Source of the DNA: Nostoc punctiforme PCC 73102
GTDB lineage: Bacteria > Cyanobacteriota > Cyanobacteriia > Cyanobacteriales > Nostocaceae
DNA: 32,000 bases
Direction of reading: 5' to 3'
Assembly: GCF_000020025.1 (NCBI RefSeq)
Contig: NC_010628.1
Coordinates: 5,820,001 to 5,852,000, forward strand
Below, one piece after another: positions 25,758 to 32,000 of this stretch (the stretch's first letter is position 1; each line of letters starts with the position of its first letter). The notes under the pieces are model-generated. The model made no database searches and had not been told where the DNA came from. It was given only the letters and a program-made list of their open reading frames with translations. The position numbers and the translations under genes were made by a program.

Positions 25758-25854
25758 ACTCTTTTCTTGTACAATAAAATATTACCTCATTTTGGCATTA
25801 GTGGGATAGGTTCATCTAGCCTTTAAGAAGATTTGGTAGTAGGGGCGTACAGTT

Positions 25855-26042
25855 GTACATTGGTGCGAACTTAAGCTAAAACCCTTTTCAAATCTCGTTT
25901 CCAGCCAGAGTCTGGAAATGTTGCTCATTGCGGCTCTGCCTCAGCGACGGGCATTCCCAGTCGGACACTGGAAACGAGATAAGAGATAATCTTTAAAAGC
26001 TGTTTCTAGGCTGGCTTTCACGTTAAGTTGACACCAATGTAC
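25855..26042. repeat. MITE-like nested inverted-repeat element (~190 bp)
   Basis: The outer arms are gtacattggtgcgaacttaag (25855-25875) and gttaagttgacaccaatgtac (26022-26042), about 18/21 complementary. The inner perfect 13-bp arms are atctcgtttccag (25892-25904) and ctggaaacgagat (25968-25980). They extend to imperfect 29-bp arms that also contain local TTTCCAG/CTGGAAA hairpins. Confidence 0.55.
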
Positions 26043-26131
26043 GGCTGCGAATCCCTACAAGAAGGGATTGTGGTTCAAATACGGGACTTAAACAGAGTCA
26101 AATGTATTTTTGACCTTTAGCATAAATTACT

Positions 26132-28072
26132 TTAAACTTCTGGTACAGTATCATCGTCAACTGGCAGTGGCAGTGGTGGTAATGATATTGGGTTGGGTAA
26201 TTCGGCCCAAATATATCTGTGCTGATGAGATTGATGTAACCAGCCCTTTTTTAAAAAAATAAGCCAACCAAAAACCCAAACTAGTCCTTGTAAGACAAAC
26301 CCTAAAAAAAAGCATAAAACTACAAAGAAAATTTCAATATTATTGATAGGAACAAGTTCTGGTGAAAGCGAACGAACGCTTAATATTTGTATTACACTCA
26401 TCACTACAAACAAAGGCAAGAGGGCAATTGCCGAGAGGATTAACAACCAACGTCGTTTGCTCTTTGGAACGTCATTTCCAGTGTGCATTGTATATAACTT
26501 GCCAGATAACCATTTTAACGGCATCATCCACACGAAAAACACACCAGCCCATCCCAGAATATAGAGAATCAGAGTTAATATTGAAACTCTCCACAATGAA
26601 AAAGTATTAGGTATAGGTACTAGAAGACACCCCAAAACAAAACCAAATCCCAATACCAACGATAAATACACTAGTTTCATTGGTGAAAGTAAACGTTCTT
26701 CAGAAAAATCAGCCTTGTCAGCAAAGGCAGCTGCTTGGAGTTGAAGACCAACAGTAGTGGTAACTGGAAGCAAGCCAAAAGCCGTGACGAGAAAAGCAAT
26801 AATCAATAAATATATTAATAAAAGTGCCTTAACAATAATAAATGCTATTAAGACGATTGTTCGATCGTTAATGTCTTGTATTGCGTGACTAATCCAATGC
26901 ACAACTTCCCCAAGCTGACCCATTGCAGTTGCCATAATAAAACTGGCGTTGAGCGCTAGCCCGGTTAGAAGGCCTGAAATAAAAGCAACTTCATAATTGA
27001 GTCTGAAAAGCTGACGGGTATCCATTAAAGCAGTAATGCGTTCCCGATTGGTTGGATGAAGTGGTGCAAATTTTGTATGGAATTGTTTTTCGATAAGATT
27101 CCACAGTGAAAATGCAGCTTGCTGTAAACCATTCTGTTGCATTTGAGATATGACGAGTAAAACTTGCTTGCCAAAATCCTTAATTTCACTTCTGCCCGAA
27201 GAAGAATTCTTCTCAGACAGGAGTTCAATCAATGGGTTTGCGCTTCCAAGCCATTGTTTAGCACATGCATCGGCGTAATATTCTCTAACTTTCAAGATAC
27301 TATTACGAATTACTTCGACTAACAACAATAGTAAAATTGTTTTAATATTAATTTCTACAATCAATGGTATTCCTTCCCAAACAGAAGCAAGTGTTTGTCC
27401 TGAAATTAAGTCTTTAACTATAGATAAAACAACATAGGCATTGAACAGTAATAGAATAGTCAATGCCACAGGAAAAAAACATTGAGTCAGAGCAATAGCA
27501 AAAATAGTTTTATTCACATCTCTATTAGCTATGTGACCCAGTTCATGGAGAACAACTGCAATAAATGAATTTGGTAACAGAAGAAATGCTGTATACAGAC
27601 CTTTTCTAAGACAAACAAGCTTTTGTTTACCAAATCCAAAAGCCATTCCAGTCGGGCGATCGCAACCTTGACTTGTATCATCCCAAATAAATCTAGGATT
27701 TGTTGCTTTTACATTCGGAAGGGTTTCTACAATTGCTTGAACATAGTCTGCTAACTGTTGTAGAGAATTAGCTTCCTTGGGGTCTTGGCTTGAAGGTGGA
27801 AAATCTTTCCAACCCTGTTTTATAATCTTGCTATTTGCATACCATTTTGCTTGATACCATGCCCATATAAAAACAAAGAGTGTAACTGCTATAGCAAATA
27901 AAAATGACAGTAATACACTTAATTTTAATATTCCTCCGGCAATAGCATCGACTAAAACTACTGTGATACCAACAACAGCAACGACTAATAGCAAAAAACG
28001 AGAATCTGTCTCTGACGGAAAAATAAAAGGATTAAGTTGAGTTGTATTAGAGCGAAGAATAGCCTGGTTCAT
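26132..28072 (-). CDS. Polytopic M48-family zinc metallopeptidase
   Basis: The zinc motif is HELGHIANRD, with a downstream REYYADA. There are many predicted TM helices on both sides of the peptidase domain. I trimmed the start to the ATG at 28072 (MNQAIL...), which has SD GGGAGG 7 nt upstream; the track uses an upstream TTG. Confidence 0.8.
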   Translation of the reverse strand: MNQAILRSNTTQLNPFIFPSETDSRFLLLVVAVVGITVVLVDAIAGGILKLSVLLSFLFAIAVTLFVFIWAWYQAKWYANSKIIKQGWKDFPPSSQDPKEANSLQQLADYVQAIVETLPNVKATNPRFIWDDTSQGCDRPTGMAFGFGKQKLVCLRKGLYTAFLLLPNSFIAVVLHELGHIANRDVNKTIFAIALTQCFFPVALTILLLFNAYVVLSIVKDLISGQTLASVWEGIPLIVEINIKTILLLLLVEVIRNSILKVREYYADACAKQWLGSANPLIELLSEKNSSSGRSEIKDFGKQVLLVISQMQQNGLQQAAFSLWNLIEKQFHTKFAPLHPTNRERITALMDTRQLFRLNYEVAFISGLLTGLALNASFIMATAMGQLGEVVHWISHAIQDINDRTIVLIAFIIVKALLLIYLLIIAFLVTAFGLLPVTTTVGLQLQAAAFADKADFSEERLLSPMKLVYLSLVLGFGFVLGCLLVPIPNTFSLWRVSILTLILYILGWAGVFFVWMMPLKWLSGKLYTMHTGNDVPKSKRRWLLILSAIALLPLFVVMSVIQILSVRSLSPELVPINNIEIFFVVLCFFLGFVLQGLVWVFGWLIFLKKGWLHQSHQHRYIWAELPNPISLPPLPLPVDDDTVPEV

Positions 28073-28221
28073 GAAATAACCTCCCACTATTTTTTGCAGG
28101 GCAAACGCACGTAAAATATCAAACCCTTCCAAGCTAAGAATTTTAAAAAATAGCCTAAACGAGTAAACGGCTAAACACTTGCTATTAAAGTGGGTATACT
28201 ACTTTGAATACGTTTAACGTG

Positions 28222-28731
28222 CTATTTCTTGGCAAGGGCAAGTCTGGTTATTACTGAGTCAGTAACCGTTGTAACTTTGACCCATTCAATATTCTCAATA
28301 TTCTGTGTATTTACTTTATCCTCGGTAATTTTTTGAATAGTTTTTGCAATTTCTTCTAACTGTTCCTGACTAAAAAGTGGTTTTGGTTTCGGTTCTGAAA
28401 ATAAACTTCGCAACCATTGAGATGCTTCTTGAAAAATTTCCTCTCCAGTTTTTTTAGCCATTCCTTGAGCAACTTCAACTATTAAATATTCTAAGATGGG
28501 AGTAATAATAGGAAATACTACTTGTGTTAAAGTTCCTAATATAGCTATTTCTCCCATTCCCAACGGCTCATCAATGGCTTCACTAGATTCTTGTGAAAAC
28601 TTTTCTGGATTAGCAAAGTATTTATCCCGAATTCCAACGTAAAGCGGTCGTTCTTTAGGAGCCTTTTCACTCACAATGCGATATGCTACTTCATTAATCA
28701 GTTTTCGTCCCTCTTGAGTATCTGTTAGCAT
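28222..28731 (-). CDS. Hypothetical protein (169 aa), probable operon partner of the M48 peptidase
   Basis: A long ORF co-directional with, and 149 nt upstream of, the peptidase gene. It has a central hydrophobic segment (IAILGTLTQVVFPIITPILEYLIVEV) and no motif I recognise. Confidence 0.55.
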   Translation of the reverse strand: MLTDTQEGRKLINEVAYRIVSEKAPKERPLYVGIRDKYFANPEKFSQESSEAIDEPLGMGEIAILGTLTQVVFPIITPILEYLIVEVAQGMAKKTGEEIFQEASQWLRSLFSEPKPKPLFSQEQLEEIAKTIQKITEDKVNTQNIENIEWVKVTTVTDSVITRLALAKK

Positions 28732-29222
28732 TTACCATCTCCTTTACTTTCTTTGAAGAAGATTTAAAAGGGAACAAGGAAGGGGCAACAGCGAACAGGG
28801 AAATTCCCCTAATTAAAATTAGAGGATTTGTATCAGGACATATTTGTTCTTTCTACGAGACGCTGCACGAATGCATTACCTGTCTCGAAAAAAAATGTTT
28901 TTACCTCTTTTCATCAATAAATTTATGGGCTTAAAACCCAGTATTCGGTCAGTATTTTACGACTGTTGCTTGTTCTCTATTCCCTCTTCTCTGCCCGTTG
29001 GCGCAGCCGACGCACCAGAAGAGCTTGGTGACGATAATCACTAGATTCTTGAAATGAGCGCTCGAATAATAACTACATAATCAAAGTCTCACCAATAATC
29101 TTAAGGTTTTAAATATTGTTTTTGCAAAAACTTTTTTTCCATTCATCTTCTAAAAGATGTATGTACAAAAGTTCTCGTATGTTCCTTTCGAAGGATAAAT
29201 TGACGAACTGAACTTTGGAGGA

Positions 29223-29264
29223 AGCTCTGACGCGGCGACACACCAGACGCGGACAGCTTTTTTT
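29223..29264 (+). terminator. Rho-independent-terminator-like hairpin plus T7 run with no upstream plus-strand gene
   Basis: The sequence is agctctgaCGCG-gcgacacaccaga-CGCGgacagct followed by ttttttt. The stem has 7-8 bp with an internal loop and a GC core, and is followed directly by seven T residues. Confidence 0.4.
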
Positions 29265-29295
29265 GATAAGTGATTAGGCGGACATAATAATATCA

Positions 29296-29357
29296 CGTTA
29301 ATCCAGAATCGCAGACTGATGTACGCTTAGCCTTTAAATAAGCTTTAGGTAGCGATC
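29296..29357 (+). repeat. Degenerate second copy of the sps-like 3' end and its downstream flank (direct repeat, right copy)
   Basis: 29296-29320 matches 24834-24857. 29326-29356 (cttagcctttaaataagctttaggtagcgat) aligns with 25816-25845 (ctagcctttaagaagatttggtagtagggg) at roughly three-quarters identity by eye. In the sps reading frame this copy reads NPESQTDVRLAFK*. Confidence 0.6.
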
Positions 29358-29361
29358 TCAG

Positions 29362-30471
29362 CTATGAGCAGCCAGCACAAAATCTGCTTACTGCTTCGCT
29401 AAACTGCTGATTTTGTTCCATCAATGCCATGTGTCCGCCTGGTTTGATGGTGACTCTTTCAGAGTAAGGTAATTCTGCTTTCATGCGATCGCTTGCCACA
29501 GGTTTAGTTGCTATATCTGAAGCCCCACACATGACCAATACAGGCACGTTAATAGTTGCGAGTGTTTGTGCTTCGTCAAACTTTAACATTGCCAGTGTGC
29601 CACGAGCCAAAACACCAGGCGAACCCAATGCTGATAAAAAAGCGGCAAAATTGAGTTGACCGCGTGTTTCAGTACCCGTAAATCCAGATAGTTCTACGCT
29701 GATATACAGCGAACCATTGAAATACGAAAGCCAAGTCATCAACCAAAAAATTGGCCACAGCACAATAGTCAGGTATAACAAAGGTTCGAGTAGCGGTTTC
29801 TGCAATTTCCGTACCAGATTGCTAAATATGCAAGTTTTAACCGGATTGGTATAAGTAGTATCTACAAGAATTAAGCCAGCCACCCGACTACCTAATTGCT
29901 CTGGAAACAGGCGACAGAATGTTAGGTTAATCATCCCACCCATACTGTGCCCTAGCAGGATAACAGGTTTATTCCCAGCTATCGCAACAACAGCTTCTAA
30001 GTCACGGGCATATTTTTCTAGGGAGTGATCGTTATTTTTCGGTTTAGAGGATTTTCCTAACCCTGGTAGATCCCAAACAATTACTCGGAAGCGATCGCTT
30101 AATTGTCGTTTGGCATAATACCATATAGTACTGTTTGGCCCCCAACCATGTGACAAGATAATTGGTTGACCATCTTCAGGGCCAAAAAACTCAACTTGTA
30201 ACACGCTCCCATCAGGGCGTGGCAACCGTTGCACGGTCTTACTACGCATAAACTTAGGTTCCTGATTTCCAGAACGACGCAGCAGTGGCAAGCTGATAAA
30301 ACGGCCGCCAAAAGTCCACAGAACCATTACTAGTCCAGCTACTAAATAGGAAGTTCCTATAAGTTCTCGTTCGTACCACTCATAGAGAATGTAGATTCCC
30401 CCACCAAGTATCCCAACGGATAGCAGTTGAAACAGCCATATAAGTAGAAAATTATGAGGCATGAATATCAT
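29362..30471 (-). CDS. Membrane-anchored alpha/beta-fold hydrolase
   Basis: 369 aa. Two N-terminal TM helices are followed by HGWGPNS (oxyanion region) and the nucleophile elbow GHSMGG. The start could be the second Met (MPHNF). Confidence 0.8.
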   Translation of the reverse strand: MIFMPHNFLLIWLFQLLSVGILGGGIYILYEWYERELIGTSYLVAGLVMVLWTFGGRFISLPLLRRSGNQEPKFMRSKTVQRLPRPDGSVLQVEFFGPEDGQPIILSHGWGPNSTIWYYAKRQLSDRFRVIVWDLPGLGKSSKPKNNDHSLEKYARDLEAVVAIAGNKPVILLGHSMGGMINLTFCRLFPEQLGSRVAGLILVDTTYTNPVKTCIFSNLVRKLQKPLLEPLLYLTIVLWPIFWLMTWLSYFNGSLYISVELSGFTGTETRGQLNFAAFLSALGSPGVLARGTLAMLKFDEAQTLATINVPVLVMCGASDIATKPVASDRMKAELPYSERVTIKPGGHMALMEQNQQFSEAVSRFCAGCS

Positions 30472-30608
30472 GAGCCTAAACCTTGGGATACCTTTTTAAC
30501 TGCATTGTCTTTTAGGTTCATACCATAGTTAGAATCATCCAACTTTCACTCTTAGGAATGATTTCTACAGTGTTGTCAGGATGATAAAAATACTGAATTA
30601 ATAACTAT

Positions 30609-31880
30609 TTAAGAGAGTAATTGTAATCCTTTAGTCTGTAATTGCTGCTCAATATACTGCATTTGTGCGATAGTTTCTCCAGTAACGATCGCATAAAGTT
30701 CAGTGTATATTTTTCCGTACTTAGCCTTCTCTAAAGCCGATAAAATAATCAAGTCTTTGCGGTCTAATTCTGGTTTCAAGGTTATAAGGATTGATTCTAA
30801 TGTCCCCTCCATTCGGTAGCTACTGGAGTATTTAGCTACTTCTTTTCCCAGTCGCAGTAGAGTATGACGCTGCAAGCACAACGGAGTAGAACCATTAACT
30901 CGGAAATTGGCATCGATCGCGTAAAATTGTCCGTCTTGGTTTTCCAGCACATCAAAGCCAATCACACCGAAATATCCCTGTTTGTGAGCATAATCACCAA
31001 CGTTGGCAATCATTTCAAAGAACTTGCTCATGTCAGTTTTGCCGTAGTCAATCACTCCTCCTAAATAGTTGCCTTCTGGAGTGACGAGTTGTCCAGTAGT
31101 GCCGATGAGAGTTATCTCCCCGGCTTTGTTGACATAGAACTGTACGCAGTAATTCTGTACTTCATTCTTGATGAACTCTGAGACAATAATCGTATCAAGC
31201 AACTTAATATCAAGATATTTGTTAATTTCTTCAAGGCAGTAGTTTAGATCGCTGGGATTTTTGATGATATAAGTGCCTTCTCCTGAGAGTCCGTGGGAGG
31301 TTTTAATTAAGTAGGGAAATTGTGGTAGCTGAATGTCTACGATATTGACTTGGTGCAGATTGTAGCTCTTATATTTTGGACATTGCACCCCTATTTCTTC
31401 TAGCGTTACTTTGCTGAGTAAACGGTAATGGGTGTCTGAAGTAACAGCGTGTTTTTCAGGTTTTAGGCAATCAAAAGGAAATAGAGTGATGAGTTTATCA
31501 AAGCGATCGCTGTGGCTGAGATCGTCTAGATAAGTCGAGCAATCCATCATCTCAATATTGGAGTGCTTGAATCCGAAATGCTCTTGCCAGTATTCAAGCA
31601 GGGGCTTTGGTGGCGGAATAATCACAATTCCGGGAATGCGATCGCCTAAGACAGCCAGATTTTTCCAAGGCTCTTTCTGACAAATCTTATCGAAGGAGGT
31701 TTTGCTGGCTTCACTACTGCCATCTTGAATAAAATATTTTTTCCGGTTGGGATAAGCAGCCCAACTCGCAGTTGCAGGATAATTTAAGATAAATCCATAA
31801 GATCCATCTGTGATATCTTGAGCAAACAAGTCAGAAAGAGAACTGCCTTGAAAGTATTGAAAGTTATATTTTGAGTTCAT
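30609..31880 (-). CDS. ATP-grasp domain enzyme (unknown ligase specificity)
   Basis: 423 aa. PYLIKTSHGLSGEGTYII and GVIGFDVLENQDGQFYAIDANFRVNGSTP resemble ATP-grasp nucleotide- and Mg-binding segments (E/D-x-N). Confidence 0.65.
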   Translation of the reverse strand: MNSKYNFQYFQGSSLSDLFAQDITDGSYGFILNYPATASWAAYPNRKKYFIQDGSSEASKTSFDKICQKEPWKNLAVLGDRIPGIVIIPPPKPLLEYWQEHFGFKHSNIEMMDCSTYLDDLSHSDRFDKLITLFPFDCLKPEKHAVTSDTHYRLLSKVTLEEIGVQCPKYKSYNLHQVNIVDIQLPQFPYLIKTSHGLSGEGTYIIKNPSDLNYCLEEINKYLDIKLLDTIIVSEFIKNEVQNYCVQFYVNKAGEITLIGTTGQLVTPEGNYLGGVIDYGKTDMSKFFEMIANVGDYAHKQGYFGVIGFDVLENQDGQFYAIDANFRVNGSTPLCLQRHTLLRLGKEVAKYSSSYRMEGTLESILITLKPELDRKDLIILSALEKAKYGKIYTELYAIVTGETIAQMQYIEQQLQTKGLQLLS

Positions 31881-32000
31881 TAATTCCTCCGATAAATTGC
31901 ATTCATTTGTGAATGCGGTTGTTTCTATAAAACAAGCCTATTGGATTGATAAATAACACCAATAAAAAGAAATCTGAGATTTTAGCAAATTCTGGTGTAA

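Larger units (their letters stand above)
24923..25809 (-). mobile_element. IS5-family (IS427-like) insertion sequence, ~887 bp, with two-ORF transposase
   Basis: The terminal inverted repeats are ctatcccactaat (24923-24935) and attagtgggatag (25797-25809), perfect over 13 bp. The outer cta/tag could instead be a TA duplication of a CTAG target. It is inserted 2 nt after the sps-like stop codon. Confidence 0.75.

Noticed and set aside
26058-26085. GGTTCAAAT T-loop-like sequence suggesting a tRNA
   Set aside because: The flanking bases (tgtgg / acggg) cannot form a T-stem. No acceptor or anticodon arms could be drawn, so it is not a tRNA.
26050-26114. Two small hairpins downstream of the M48 gene (aatccct-N6-agggatt at 26050-26069 and gtcaaa-N6-tttgac at 26097-26114) considered as terminators
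   Set aside because: Neither is followed by a U-tract on the minus strand, and the second has only 6 AT-rich base pairs. They are too weak to annotate.
28844-29044. 66-aa plus-strand ORF upstream of the 169-aa gene
   Set aside because: Its start is non-ATG or weak and its translation is low-complexity. It sits in a probable promoter region with no supporting signal.
30609-31880. The ATP-grasp gene considered as part of a mycosporine-like amino acid (mysC-type) cluster
   Set aside because: There is no adjacent dehydroquinate-synthase-like or O-methyltransferase gene within the window, and the downstream neighbour is an alpha/beta hydrolase. The evidence is insufficient.

Overview
The window looks like chromosomal DNA from a filamentous, Nostocales-type cyanobacterium. 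I counted at least 25 copies of the HIP1 octamer GCGATCGC by eye, where about 0.5 would be expected by chance. There is also an STRR-like heptamer tandem repeat and two IS5-family insertion sequences. Coding density is high and most genes lie on the minus strand.

Content from left to right:
- 1-12.8 kb: an oxygenase-dense gene cluster on the minus strand. It holds three Rieske non-heme-iron oxygenases, two soluble ExxH-type diiron proteins, a membrane fatty-acid-hydroxylase-type diiron enzyme, an Mpo1/DUF962-like protein and a 2Fe-2S ferredoxin. It also holds a GH3-type adenylating amide ligase (absent from the ORF track because it runs off the window edge), a hexapeptide acyltransferase, a 246-aa unknown and an unannotated 54-aa Cys-rich leading ORF. 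There is no PKS, NRPS or terpene core. An IS5 element and an oppositely oriented pentapeptide-repeat gene interrupt the cluster.
- 13-18 kb: an accessory-looking stretch. It contains a UDG-superfamily-like gene divergent from an XRE HTH gene, a D-aminoacylase-type amidohydrolase, a VapBC toxin-antitoxin pair and an AT-rich Mrr-like PD-(D/E)xK nuclease candidate.
- 18-25 kb: housekeeping carbohydrate genes, namely a GT2 glycosyltransferase with a SnoaL-like protein, glgX and a sucrose-phosphate-synthase-like GT4.
- 24.8-29.4 kb: an AT-rich segment bracketed by a duplicated copy of the sps-like 3' end. It carries an IS5-family element with split ORFs, a MITE-like nested inverted repeat, and a polytopic M48 peptidase with a 169-aa partner.
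- 29.4-32 kb: a membrane alpha/beta hydrolase and an ATP-grasp enzyme.

The strongest candidate for an undescribed system is the core-less oxygenase cluster. All functional calls rest on motif reading by eye; no database search was possible.
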